A stretch of 64,000 nt of DNA from NCBI GenBank assembly GCA_965248575.1, contig CBDFJQ010000002.1:2208001-2272000 (forward strand), given 5' to 3'. Under the pieces are notes generated by a model that saw only the letters and a program-made list of their open reading frames with translations, was not told where the DNA came from and searched no databases. Both the position numbers and the translations under genes were made by a program. This DNA is from Planctomycetota bacterium. GTDB taxonomy: Bacteria > Planctomycetota > B15-G4. Each line of letters begins with the position of its first letter. The first letter of the stretch is position 1. Below are positions 9,370 through 19,214 of this stretch, in pieces.

Positions 9370-11310
9370 TCAGCGCCCGTGCTCGGCGACGAGTTGGCTC
9401 AGCTCACGCATCAGCGCGAGCACTTCCTTGTTGTCTCCTTCGTCATAATTGCCGAGAGAGAATTTGTACACCGAACCACTGGCTCGTGTGCACTCGATGA
9501 CGACGCGCTTCGTCCCGCATCGTCCGAGGGACTTCGTGCTCACTGCGATGGTGCGCAGCGCCAACGGTTCGAAGGTCAAGTCATCGAAATCTCCTCTGTC
9601 CCTTTCGGAGGGAAGGCGGTGAGCCTCACCAAAGGCGACCCACCGGGTTTGATCCGTGAGCACCAGGCTCGTCTCATCTTGACTCAACTTGCAGTGGTAC
9701 GCGAAACCCACGGCCCAGTTATCGCAGTGGATCTCGTCGTAGCGACTCTCGCTGGTAAGAATCTGCCTGATCCTGTTAAGGATCTTCGCGACACGCCCCC
9801 TCCGTGCGCGAACGTCTTCGGGCACCGCGTTACTAAAGGAAGCGATGCGTGCCACCGGCGCTCGCATCCAGTCAGCGAGGCCTGTGGTTTGCTCGTCCGT
9901 CTCGGCCGCCCAGAAGAGGTATTCGCCCCACTCGCTGTATGGGCTGGCGAAACCGGGGGCCTCCCAGCCCATGAGGGCGTGCACCGGCACGAGGGCTCGA
10001 CCCATCTGAAGAGGTTGCAGGGCAGCAGATGACTCGTCGCGTAGGTAGCGGGCACGGACAAGCGCCGCCGGCACGGCAAGCGCGGTCTCCTCGTTGGCAT
10101 GGTCGAGCGTCTCGGAGAACCAACTGTGATAGGCCAATGGAATCACATCGGTGCTCAGACCCGCCAACACGTCCGATTTTCGCGACGGCTGTGGCAGCGT
10201 CATCACGCCAACACCCTCGCGCTTCACGGTCAGGCTCACGATCGAACCAGCCTCTATGGAGTTGAGAATCGGTGAGATGCGAGTCCAGGTTTCGACACGT
10301 TCCTCTCCGATGGAGAGCAAGACGTCGCCCGCCTTCGCTCCCAATTCATCCCCGAGCGACCCAGAGGCCACAGTGCGGAGGAGCACGCCGGCCTCGGTGT
10401 CGGCGACCGCTACGCCCAACTTGTCCACGCCCGCCTGCTTCTTCACAAACATGGGACGCTTCACGAGCGCCGGCGCGACCATCGCGGATTGAACGAGCGC
10501 CTCGTACGCCCCCGACCAGCGGGTCACGTGGTTCGCGAACTTGTCCTCCTCCCACAGATCGACGTCGAAGTCACTCTTGATCACCAGGAACGCCTGTGAA
10601 CCCTTGGCGTTGAACGCGATGTCGATGTAGTCCGAGATGCTGTCAGCCAGGAAGCTCGGCTGCTTTCGGAGCACGGTGGGCGCACCCCCGCCCTCGGCCG
10701 CCTCGAACGCGCGGTCCTCCATGCGTCCCAGGTGCGTCTCGATCAGGCTGCGCACCTCAGGAACGAGTTCGTCCACCTTGGAGAGGTCACGCGAGTCGTA
10801 CGGAGCGTGGAAGCCGACGGCGCTGGCGCCCTCGGCGATCTGGAGCACGTCACCCGCCAACCAGACCATGGCGGCCGCGGACCAGGCCCCGCGATCGACC
10901 GCGCAGGTCACAATCTGCAGGCCAGACCTCTCGGCGTAGTCGCGAATGGCCTCGATCATCCGTGGCGCCTCGAAGTAGACGCCGCCGGGAGAGCAGATGC
11001 TGATCGTGACGGAGGTCACATCGTCGTCGATCTCGATCGCGTTGAGCGCCTGCTTCATTCGGATGCTGTCGAAGACATCCACCGGCCCGTGCAGGTGGAC
11101 TTGGCGCAGGGCGGACCAGTCGGCGTCGTTCATGCCCTCCGGCTGTTGGACGCTGCACATCATCACGCCGTCCTTGTGTGGCAGGAAGCTGGAGCCGGCT
11201 TCGCGCCCGCCCTTGATGACGACGATGTCAGCAGCAAAGCCCACCTGCGCCATGCTGAGCACCGTAGCGAGCAGGATCGAGACCGTGATGAAGGTTGGGT
11301 GTCGGGCCAT
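9370..11310 (-). CDS. Secreted protein with ClpP/crotonase-like domain, PDZ domain and unknown C-terminus
   Basis: Signal peptide; ICSPGG, AWSAAAMVWLAG and VGFHAP; PDZ-like LGVAV…VASGS…GAKAGDVLLSIGE…VSLTVKR. Confidence 0.65.
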   Translation of the reverse strand: MARHPTFITVSILLATVLSMAQVGFAADIVVIKGGREAGSSFLPHKDGVMMCSVQQPEGMNDADWSALRQVHLHGPVDVFDSIRMKQALNAIEIDDDVTSVTISICSPGGVYFEAPRMIEAIRDYAERSGLQIVTCAVDRGAWSAAAMVWLAGDVLQIAEGASAVGFHAPYDSRDLSKVDELVPEVRSLIETHLGRMEDRAFEAAEGGGAPTVLRKQPSFLADSISDYIDIAFNAKGSQAFLVIKSDFDVDLWEEDKFANHVTRWSGAYEALVQSAMVAPALVKRPMFVKKQAGVDKLGVAVADTEAGVLLRTVASGSLGDELGAKAGDVLLSIGEERVETWTRISPILNSIEAGSIVSLTVKREGVGVMTLPQPSRKSDVLAGLSTDVIPLAYHSWFSETLDHANEETALAVPAALVRARYLRDESSAALQPLQMGRALVPVHALMGWEAPGFASPYSEWGEYLFWAAETDEQTTGLADWMRAPVARIASFSNAVPEDVRARRGRVAKILNRIRQILTSESRYDEIHCDNWAVGFAYHCKLSQDETSLVLTDQTRWVAFGEAHRLPSERDRGDFDDLTFEPLALRTIAVSTKSLGRCGTKRVVIECTRASGSVYKFSLGNYDEGDNKEVLALMRELSQLVAEHGR

Positions 11311-11454
11311 TGGCTGATTGCTCTCGTGTTCCATTGACTGTCGGCTGGGAATCACAGGGCGGTGCCTCCCAGCTACGCCGTCCGCCCTTCCCAGCACGGA
11401 CTCGCGCCACCATAGCAGTGGGCCTAAAACCCATGTGCATACCGTTTAGTCGAT

Positions 11455-11547
11455 CCGCCTCGCTGATCATCCAAGTTGGCCGACGCGACCATGGCTTCGA
11501 GGTGTGGCGCGCCCATCCAGCGCGCCAACTTGACCGTGACTTCGCGT
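11455..11547. repeat. ~93-bp dispersed non-coding repeat, copy 1 (copy 2 at 48481-48572)
   Basis: Shared CCGCCT…GATCATCCAAGTTGGCC…CGACCATGG.TTCGAG…GCCAA.T.GACC…TTCGCGT. Confidence 0.7.
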
Positions 11548-11651
11548 CGAATAGGCAGTGCTGTTCACACACGACGGACCTCGACTGTGAACTTATGTCG
11601 CGGTGACGCCAATCAGGCGATGCGTGAGTAGACGTGATGCAATCCGCCCAA

Positions 11652-11893
11652 TACCGGTCATCACACCAGGCGAACCGAGCCATTCCTCCTGACCGAACAA
11701 CCGGGGAACCACTTTTGCTGGTTGGAGCGAGTGCGGGGCTGTGTGCTGCGTGAGGCGGGACATGCCGGGCGGGGTGGCGATCGCGCGCACAGGGCGGTGG
11801 TTGCGGTGGAGTGGCTAACGGGGCCGCGACGGCGATGGCTCTCTGCGACATTCGTGGGAGAACCAGCCTCGAGTGTCAGCGACAGAATCGGGC
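11652..11893 (+). repeat. tRNA-Gln 3'-end junction repeat J1 (att-like)
   Basis: CCGGGGAACCA at 11701-11711 followed by ~150 bp alignable to 7275-7420; preceded by TACCGGTCATCACACCAGGCGAACC, shared with J3 and J4. Confidence 0.85.
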
Positions 11894-13046
11894 TTCCACG
11901 CCCTCCACCACGCCTCCGGGCTTGGGCCAAGGCCTTCGCGGCAGCAGCCCGAAGAGACCACCTCGACGGGAGAGGGCGGTGCGTCCACCTCCAACGACGC
12001 GAAACTGCCCACTCTCGAGAATGGCCTCCAACTCAGGAAACACGCCGAGGGCTTGCTGAAGATGGGCGGCGTAGCTCGTCGCCCGGGCCTTGAAGCCTCA
12101 GGAGTGGCAGTCTTGGCTGCGGATGTTCATGGTGCGCGCACGCTAGCGCGCCGCTGCGCCGACGGCTCGCGGACAATCGGAGCGCAGAAGCACGTCCCCC
12201 TCCCCTGTTGCGGAGCGACAGATCATGCCCGTCCAAGATGTCGCAAATCGCTACAACCGGCAGGCGCCCGCCTACCTTGAGTCCTGGGCGTCGATCCTTC
12301 ACGGGCCGGGGCGACGGATCCTGGCTGAGTTCGAAGCTGCCGGAGCGCGCCGCGTGCTCGACGTCGGCGCGGGAGTGGGCTCCTTGATGCCGCAGGTGCA
12401 GGCGAGCTTTCCCGGTGCGACCGTGCTCGGATGCGATGGTTCGCCCGGCATGCTGGCCCTCAGACCCGAGGGCACGCTGGCCGCGGTCATGGATGCGAAC
12501 CGGCTGGCTGTCTCCCCGGCGAGCGTGGATCTGGTGCTCGCGGTCTTCATGCTCTTCTTCCTCGAAGAACCAGTCGTGGGTCTGCGCGAGATGCGGCGCG
12601 TGCTACGGCCGGGAGGGAGTCTCGGCACGGTGACCTGGGGCACATCCATGGACTCGGTCGCCCAAGACGCCTGGGGCGAGTGCGTCGAAGCGTGCCGAGC
12701 GGAGTCTGGTGCGCAGGACCCGCCTGCACCTCCGGTCAAGAACGATGAAGCCGTGGAGACTCCGGAGAAGATGGCCTGCCTCCTGGAAGCCGCGGGCTTC
12801 ACAGCGGTGCGATCGTGGACGGAGGAACATGCCGCCACCATCGATCTCGAGCAGGTCATCCGCCTCAAGACAACCCTCGGACACGAGAGGGTCCTGTTCG
12901 AGACTCTGACCCCTGACGCGCGGACGGTCTGTATTGAACGCGCACGGGAACGACTCAGCTCGCTGCAGCCGAAAGACTTCGTGGCGCGCGCGACGATCGT
13001 CTTCGCGACCGGTCGCTGTGCTGGCTGAAGAGTTGTGGGTTCCGAA
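11866..13046 (+). repeat. Long direct repeat, copy 1 (1181 bp; copy 2 at 22267-23362)
   Basis: Near-identical sequence from GCCTC.AGTGTCAGCGACAGAATCGG to CTGAAGAGTTGTGG.TTCCGAA. Confidence 0.95.
12225..13028 (+). CDS. Class I SAM-dependent methyltransferase (intact copy)
   Basis: VLDVGAGVG motif I, DGSPGML, SVDLV, RRVLRPGG. Confidence 0.9.
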   Translation: MPVQDVANRYNRQAPAYLESWASILHGPGRRILAEFEAAGARRVLDVGAGVGSLMPQVQASFPGATVLGCDGSPGMLALRPEGTLAAVMDANRLAVSPASVDLVLAVFMLFFLEEPVVGLREMRRVLRPGGSLGTVTWGTSMDSVAQDAWGECVEACRAESGAQDPPAPPVKNDEAVETPEKMACLLEAAGFTAVRSWTEEHAATIDLEQVIRLKTTLGHERVLFETLTPDARTVCIERARERLSSLQPKDFVARATIVFATGRCAG

Positions 13047-13174
13047 TAATCTATCCGGCCTGCTTGGCCGTGGTATCCGGAGCCTCGGCCGGCGGGGATC
13101 GGCCAGCTTGGCGAGGGGCGGATGGCGAACTCAGCGCGCCCGGCCGACCCAAGGGGACTCACACCAGTGCCGGG

Positions 13175-13690
13175 CTAAAGCCGCAACCACCAGTGGTAGG
13201 TGTCCACCTCCACCTGATCCTGGAGGATCGTCACCGCCAGGCGATAGAGGCAGGGCGCCTCGACAGCCAAGGCTTGGTGCGGATCCGAAAGCTCCCCGGT
13301 TCCGGGGGAATCCAAGTTCACGATCTCGAGACTGACGCTTTGCGTCCAGCCCGTCAGTCCGGAAATTTCGGTGCCGTCGGCCATGATCGGCGGCGAGAAG
13401 CTCGCACCGTGCAAGGAACCGAAGGCTTCGATCCCCGCGAATGTGGTCACGACTGTTGTGGCAACAGTCTTTCGTGGCAGGGTCTGTGCCAGCTTGTGGA
13501 TCTCTCTCGCCAGCTGTCGAGCAGACAGGGAGTCGTCGGCGTATGCGTACTTCGCGCTCGCCGACGTGAACACCGCCTCCGAGCTCGCAATGGCCAGGAC
13601 GATCAGCACTGTCGCGAGCAGCACTTCGATGAGAGTGAAACCCGCAGAGCAACGGGCGCTGGGATGTCGAAGTCGGGGTGGCGTGCGCAT
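13175..13690 (-). CDS. Minor pilin/pseudopilin, PilV/GspI-like (set 1)
   Basis: Class III signal G/FTLIEVLLATVLIVLA; paralog of 18729-19214 (shared GAxFSPP…GWTQSV.L…YRLxVxxL…YxWW). Confidence 0.8.
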   Translation of the reverse strand: MRTPPRLRHPSARCSAGFTLIEVLLATVLIVLAIASSEAVFTSASAKYAYADDSLSARQLAREIHKLAQTLPRKTVATTVVTTFAGIEAFGSLHGASFSPPIMADGTEISGLTGWTQSVSLEIVNLDSPGTGELSDPHQALAVEAPCLYRLAVTILQDQVEVDTYHWWLRL

Positions 13691-13717
13691 GATTTTTCCC
13701 TGGGCCTTTTGCAGGGC

Positions 13718-15181
13718 CTACTGTCCGATGAGCTGGAGGGTCGGGCTTTCGCCGGGCACCTGGCCGTGCCAAGGGTTGATGGCGAGGGACTGCGAGGTCA
13801 CCAGGGAGGTGCCGGTCGCCGTCCTGCCGTTGTTCAGGTCGATGGTGGAGATCAGGTGGGTGATCACCTCGGTCTCCGACGTCTGGGTGAAGGTGCGCAT
13901 GCCGTCCATCAGAAAGTCCACGTCCCAATCCTGTGCGCTGAACACCAACTCTCCTTCGCGTCTCATGGCGACACCCGAGTTCACAGTGGAAGCCAAGGCG
14001 TGGGGAGAGAAGACGAGACAACCGTGGCCGTTGAATCGCAGCACCATCGTGAAGGGTGTGCCGGGCTCGAGGGACGGCCCTAAGCCCGTCATGTCGAGTG
14101 GCACGGCCGTCGTCGGGACATCGATCTCGAGCTTCGGATTGCTGAATGAAATGACAGGTGAGTAGGTCACCCCGGTGAATCTCCAAGTGGCGGCCGGAAG
14201 CGAGGTGGCCACCAATTCGATGATGGCCAAGGCGGGGCCACTCACGGGGATGGCGTCATCCGAGGCCCCAGACTCGTAGATCCCTATCGTGATCGTGTCT
14301 CCGACTCCGGTGCTCGGAACGCACGGGCCCATGGTGTCGCTATGATGGTCCTCGTGAACAGGAACAGCGGGAAGACCGATGGTGAGCGTCTGGCCATGCT
14401 TTTTGTTGCCGGGCGGGTAGTGGCAGATGGTGTGGCCACCAATGGCAGGCTGCGCGGGGATGTTCGGGAGGACCGGGAGGTATGAGAGAGGTAGAAGGAG
14501 GCGCTCCAGAGCCGCCCTGAGCATCTGCTCCTTCACGTCGGGGATCGGATGGACACCGGCAGGCGCCGCTGCGGGAATCGTGAAGCTGAGAGCGATGGCA
14601 TCGTTGCCGAGCAAGAGTCCGGGCGAGGGCGTCGGATCGTAGTACGGCGGGATGAGCGCGTCGGGCACAGGGCTGCCCAGGATGGGGATCTCAATGGACA
14701 CGCCCGGACCATTCGGCGTGCTGTCGTACCAGAGGCCGTAGGAATCGAGCGGGGCGATGTCGCGTAGCCGACGGGTGGTTTCCGCCGCAAAGCTCAATGA
14801 GGAAACATCTTCGACAAGAACACCCGACGCTCCGCTGGGTCGGGTCACCTTCAGTACCGAGCCGTCCTTTTCATACGTTGTGGCTCGACCTGCGGGGTCC
14901 GTGATGAGCAGGCTTGTAGCTGTCGGCCGCTCAACGGTCCAAGCAAGGCCCACGGCGATGTTGATCTCCTCGAGGGCAGCCTCAAGATCGGTGTCAAAGT
15001 CGGCCGTGGCTGCCGCCACCTGACTGCCATAGAGGCCGGCTGAGCCACTGAGTGCCACCAGCAACATGGAGCCCAGTGCAAATGCCAGCAAGACCTCCGG
15101 CAGGGTGAATCCCCTGCAAGAGGAGTGGGCGTGCGTCGGGACATACCGTGGCACTGCAGCGGTTTCGGAAGGCGTATTCAT
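13718..15181 (-). CDS. Large minor pilin/pseudopilin, PilW/GspJ-like (set 1)
   Basis: G/FTLPEVLLAFALG; paralog of 19211-20611; ATGA-type overlap with the upstream gene. Confidence 0.75.
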   Translation of the reverse strand: MNTPSETAAVPRYVPTHAHSSCRGFTLPEVLLAFALGSMLLVALSGSAGLYGSQVAAATADFDTDLEAALEEINIAVGLAWTVERPTATSLLITDPAGRATTYEKDGSVLKVTRPSGASGVLVEDVSSLSFAAETTRRLRDIAPLDSYGLWYDSTPNGPGVSIEIPILGSPVPDALIPPYYDPTPSPGLLLGNDAIALSFTIPAAAPAGVHPIPDVKEQMLRAALERLLLPLSYLPVLPNIPAQPAIGGHTICHYPPGNKKHGQTLTIGLPAVPVHEDHHSDTMGPCVPSTGVGDTITIGIYESGASDDAIPVSGPALAIIELVATSLPAATWRFTGVTYSPVISFSNPKLEIDVPTTAVPLDMTGLGPSLEPGTPFTMVLRFNGHGCLVFSPHALASTVNSGVAMRREGELVFSAQDWDVDFLMDGMRTFTQTSETEVITHLISTIDLNNGRTATGTSLVTSQSLAINPWHGQVPGESPTLQLIGQ

Positions 15182-15672
15182 GACCTCGAGAGTTTCCCGG
15201 TGGCTTCGTTCAGGACCAGGGTGCGCGTGGCGTTTCCGCAACGCAGGTTGACTTGCCCGTCGGTGAGCGGCACCCCATCGGCATCGAACAGCAGATTGCC
15301 GCCAGCGGCACCGAAGGAGACGGACACCATGTCGAGGTTGTTTGGCTGGTTCGGGGCGTGGAGGTCGACGACATAGTCCCCTTTCGAAAGCGGGTCCGGC
15401 ACAAGAGTTGCCGTCTCGTCAATCACGCCGAACCGCTCATTGGTCACATCGAACACAACGGCGTGTGCCGTGCGGGTGGCGCGCGCCCGCGACTGCGCGT
15501 ACTCCAGGGCATCCTTGATTTGGGTCTCAAGCAAATTGAGTCGTGTCTCGCCCTGCTCGCCTGACGCCATGGCCGCCGTGGCCGCGAGCATCCCGATCAG
15601 CACGACGACCAACAGCAACTCAACCAACGCAAAGCCGCTCTGCTCCCACCGTCTGGTGTCACTTTTTGCCAT
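15178..15672 (-). CDS. Minor pilin/pseudopilin, FimT/GspH-like (set 1)
   Basis: G/FALVELLLVVVLIG, YAQSRA…HAVVFD, LFDADGVP. Confidence 0.85.
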   Translation of the reverse strand: MAKSDTRRWEQSGFALVELLLVVVLIGMLAATAAMASGEQGETRLNLLETQIKDALEYAQSRARATRTAHAVVFDVTNERFGVIDETATLVPDPLSKGDYVVDLHAPNQPNNLDMVSVSFGAAGGNLLFDADGVPLTDGQVNLRCGNATRTLVLNEATGKLSRS

Positions 15673-16696
15673 GAGGTTTCCCCACCGTTGGAAATGCATA
15701 GTCGGTGAGAGTGCTCAGGTCACCGATGACGAGGGGGCGTGGCACGAAGGCCATGGAGACCGTCTCGAAGGCTCCTTGGGCAGTCAGCGCGGACGACCAG
15801 GAAATGGGGGCACGGCCGGCGCCAATGTGCGCGACATCGATGTGCAACAGCGGGTCTCCAACGCTGGCGACCCGCCCGCGGACGGTGCCTGGGCAACCCA
15901 GGGTCAGGTCGTGAACAGCCACGTCGCCCACGATCTGCAGGCGGGCGTCCGAGTCGCTCGTAGTGATGACGCCGTCGGGCATGAGCACGGCCAGGCCTGG
16001 CGCGATGTCGCTCGCCAGTATGCGGACGTTGCCACCGACAACCAGTTCCGGAGCCGTATTGGGATCGAAGACCGGGAAGAGGGCCGCGGTCAACGAATGG
16101 CCTGAGATGACCATGCCGCGCACGATGACGTTGTCCAGCGTCAGCTGAACGCCGGTCTCGATGACGACCAGCCCCTCGAGAACGGTGTTGGAGACAGTCG
16201 TCGAAGTCGAATAAGTGAAGGTCGGAACTGGCTTGCCTGCCGTCAAGGAAAGACGTGCGCTCTCCTCAAGACGTGGCAGCGTGTTGCAGTCGAGATTGGT
16301 GGGCGCAGGCATCCGCTCCACCTCGATGAGGCGCGTGACGCCCATGCCGTCCGGGGCCAAGGCCTGGAGCCCGAGGCGAACGCTGTCATTCCCGAGAGCG
16401 GCCACGGACAGGGAGGTGTCGTGCCTCGTCGTCTCCGACTTGACGGCACCCAGGATCTTGTCGGCATTCACAGGGATGCCCGCCCTATCTGACTGCATGA
16501 CGAACTCGAGTTGGGAGGCGGCGATCTCGTGCGCCTCGACGAAGGAGCTGTTCACCGAAGACGAATGAGCGTGAATCACCGCGTGTCGTGAATAGGTGAT
16601 CGCAATGGAGGCCATGGCCCCCACTAGCAGCAGCAGGGCCACAAGGATGTAACCCCGCTCATGTCGTGGGCGTGATCTGGGAAACGCTCGTCTCAC
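15659..16696 (-). CDS. Minor pilin/pseudopilin, PilX/GspK-like (set 1)
   Basis: RG/YILVALLLLVG lacking Glu5, as is typical of PilX/GspK; paralog of 17731-18732; GTG start. Confidence 0.7.
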   Translation of the reverse strand: MRRAFPRSRPRHERGYILVALLLLVGAMASIAITYSRHAVIHAHSSSVNSSFVEAHEIAASQLEFVMQSDRAGIPVNADKILGAVKSETTRHDTSLSVAALGNDSVRLGLQALAPDGMGVTRLIEVERMPAPTNLDCNTLPRLEESARLSLTAGKPVPTFTYSTSTTVSNTVLEGLVVIETGVQLTLDNVIVRGMVISGHSLTAALFPVFDPNTAPELVVGGNVRILASDIAPGLAVLMPDGVITTSDSDARLQIVGDVAVHDLTLGCPGTVRGRVASVGDPLLHIDVAHIGAGRAPISWSSALTAQGAFETVSMAFVPRPLVIGDLSTLTDYAFPTVGKPHGKK

Positions 16697-16964
16697 AGCA
16701 CCTTCTCCGATCGGAATGCTCGGTGGTCCCTACCGACGCACTCAGGCCATCGACGCTTGGAGTCCGGCGGCTTGAGCGGTTCTGGCCCATCGCAACCCTG
16801 CGCGTACCGTCCATTTCGCTATCCCCTCCGCACACTTCACCCGCCTCCCTCGTCATGAAGACTGGCGGGCCCTATCGCGCGATTCTGTACTTCATGAGGC
16901 CATTCAGCCTGCCAATATGGCCGTCGCAATCATCCTAGGCCACGCCGCATCAGGACTTACGACG

Positions 16965-17201
16965 ACCGCTGCCCGCGACTCGAAGTCGATTCAGGCTGCG
17001 CTACACGGTCGCCAGTTGCCGGCGGAGTATGAGGTTGTCGAGGATCAGGAATTGGCCGTTCAACGCGAGGCCTGCAGGAGTCCAAGAGGAATCGTGGCAG
17101 TAGACATCCGCAAATCGTTGCGGGCTCACTTGGCTAGGCCGAGCGAAGCGCGCGACGGTGCCAAGAGCTCACGCTGAAGACGATCGGATCAACTCTACGG
17201 G
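16965..17201 (-). pseudogene. Decayed DDE transposase N-terminal remnant with probable element end
   Basis: Minus strand reads LILDNLILRRQLATV*RSLNRLR, resembling the LENLALRQQLAVL.R N-terminus of integrase-core transposases. End-like CCCGTAGAGTTGATCCGA begins at 17201; DNA similarity to 39603-39710. Confidence 0.5.
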
Positions 17202-17230
17202 ATCCACACCGGGAGAGGTCGCTGCCGAGG

Positions 17231-17728
17231 CTACTCGATCCAGCCGGTCGCCGCGTCCAGCGTGAGCGCTAGGCTCTGGCCGTTGCACTCAAGCGTCACC
17301 GAGCCGCCAGAGACCGGATCGCCTTGTGCATCGAAGATTGCGGCGGACGAGGTCGTTCCAAAGTCGGCCGCCGCAATGAGGAGTCCCGAGGGCATGTCGG
17401 GCCGGTTGAAATCGACCACGTAGTCGCTCTTCGTAAGCAGATCGATCACCGGTGTGCCGTCCATTGCCAAGACGATGAACCTCTCACCTGTCGCGTCGAA
17501 GGCGACACCGTGAGGAACGCGGGTGGAGAGCGCTCGGCTACGCGCAGTGTGCATGGCATCACGCACGTACAATTCGCCCTGAGTGAGTGCCTGCCCCCCA
17601 TTGTCGATAGCGGGTATTCCAGCAACCCCGATCAGCACTCCGAGAACGACCACGACGACCATCAACTCGATGAACGTGAAGCCGGTGTCGCGGCGCCCCG
17701 TCGGCGCATGCCTTTTTGGCGAGACCAC
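17231..17728 (-). CDS. Minor pilin/pseudopilin, FimT/GspH-like (set 2)
   Basis: G/FTFIELMVVVVVLG, ARSRA…HGVAFD, IFDAQGDP; GTG start just after the upstream stop. Confidence 0.85.
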   Translation of the reverse strand: MVSPKRHAPTGRRDTGFTFIELMVVVVVLGVLIGVAGIPAIDNGGQALTQGELYVRDAMHTARSRALSTRVPHGVAFDATGERFIVLAMDGTPVIDLLTKSDYVVDFNRPDMPSGLLIAAADFGTTSSAAIFDAQGDPVSGGSVTLECNGQSLALTLDAATGWIE

Positions 17729-17730
17729 GT

Positions 17731-18732
17731 CTAGTTCGACCAGTAGTTGATGATGCTGCCGAGCTGGCCAACCGAGACGTAGCTCGGCTGGACCGCGACG
17801 GAGCTGGGATCCCAGGTGTTGCCATAGGCGAGCCCGGACGTCCAGGCCTGCGGCTTCCTGTCCGCCCAGACTTGGTCGAGGTCGGTGTCCAGTTGCGGGA
17901 CGGTGACCGACTGGATATGGCCGTTGACCGAGCCCGTGCTGTCGATGGTGACGGAGTGGGCCACGATGTCCCCGTGCATCTGCACGGTCCCTGAATTCCA
18001 CCCTGTTCCCACGATGCCGTCTGGCATGAGGATGACGACGCCGGGGAGGTAATCAGCGGAGTCAATGCGCAGATTGCCGTCGATGAGCAGCGTCGGGGCG
18101 CTCGCGGATTCGAAGATCCCGAAAGCGCTGTCGTCCAAGGAGCTGGCCGAGACGATGGCCCCCTCCAGAACAACATTGCTCAATCGGAGTTCCACTCCGG
18201 CTTCAACAACGTGCAGGCCTTCCAAATCCACATCCGACAAAATAGTGTCCGCGGCGTACCAGGTCTTTGGCACCGAGGAGTCCGCTAGCAAAGAATCGAT
18301 CGTCGCCTTGGGCAGATACGGGAGGTCGTCGGGACCGGACGGAGTGCTCGTGGGATCGGGTGTGAATGTCGCTTGGATCAACTTTACGGCCCCCTCGCCG
18401 TTCGGCATGGTGGACTGAACGAGAATGTCGCGCTGGGAAACGCTGGGTTCGCTGACAGTCAGGGTGGTCGTGGACCCACCCTCCGACACGTAGGAGCCCT
18501 GGACAGCTTGGCCGGTCAGTAAGGCCTGGCGCGCATACTCGGCGCCGGAGTTCGCAGCTTCGCGGCCCTCGATGAGCGATGGCGACGCGAGCGATGTCCG
18601 TTGGCCAGCGATCTGGTGGTGAGCGTAGGTGGCGGCGAGAGTCGCCACCAAACCACTGATGACCAGCACGGCCACCATGATGAACCCAGACTCCCGACGG
18701 AGTGCTGGTACGTGGAGCGGGGAATGATTCAT
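17731..18732 (-). CDS. Minor pilin/pseudopilin, PilX/GspK-like (set 2)
   Basis: SG/FIMVAVLVISG without Glu5; shares LEGLxVxExGVxLxLxNV and LMPDG with 15659-16696. Confidence 0.7.
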   Translation of the reverse strand: MNHSPLHVPALRRESGFIMVAVLVISGLVATLAATYAHHQIAGQRTSLASPSLIEGREAANSGAEYARQALLTGQAVQGSYVSEGGSTTTLTVSEPSVSQRDILVQSTMPNGEGAVKLIQATFTPDPTSTPSGPDDLPYLPKATIDSLLADSSVPKTWYAADTILSDVDLEGLHVVEAGVELRLSNVVLEGAIVSASSLDDSAFGIFESASAPTLLIDGNLRIDSADYLPGVVILMPDGIVGTGWNSGTVQMHGDIVAHSVTIDSTGSVNGHIQSVTVPQLDTDLDQVWADRKPQAWTSGLAYGNTWDPSSVAVQPSYVSVGQLGSIINYWSN

Positions 18733-19214
18733 GGGGAGATCCACCATTGGTAAGTGCCGGCCAGGTCGCTGCCCTCGAGCACGGCAACCGTGAGCCGGTA
18801 GATCTGCGTGCCGTCCTCCGACAGCCCGTCGACAGGATCCGCAAGCACTGGATTCGAAAGGTCATTCACGTCGTAGACGGCGAGGTCGACGGACTGCGTC
18901 CATCCCACGTACCGCGTCCAGGGAGACTTGTCCGCCTTCAACGGTGGCGAGAAGAGAGCGCCTTCCAGGGAGTCGAGGGCCAGCACACCGCTCCCGGCCG
19001 TGGCACCGACTGCTCCGCTGGGAGCCTTGGGCAGGGTGCTTGCCAGTACGTGGACTTCCCGCGCGATGAGAGAAGCTGTGACGGACTCCGACCCCACGAT
19101 GGACTTTGCCTTCGTGGTAGCGGACATGGTCCACGTGCAGGTGATCACGGCGACGCCCAGGAGTGCCGCTGAGACGAGCACCTCAATGAGTGTGAAACCA
19201 GTTTGCGTCCTCAT
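18729..19214 (-). CDS. Minor pilin/pseudopilin, PilV/GspI-like (set 2)
   Basis: TG/FTLIEVLVSAALLG. Confidence 0.85.
   Translation of the reverse strand: MRTQTGFTLIEVLVSAALLGVAVITCTWTMSATTKAKSIVGSESVTASLIAREVHVLASTLPKAPSGAVGATAGSGVLALDSLEGALFSPPLKADKSPWTRYVGWTQSVDLAVYDVNDLSNPVLADPVDGLSEDGTQIYRLTVAVLEGSDLAGTYQWWISP

Noticed and set aside
11873..12224. ORFs in the non-methyltransferase part of the long direct repeat as an integrase remnant
   Set aside because: No recombinase motifs in any frame examined; the similarity between copies just reflects recent duplication.
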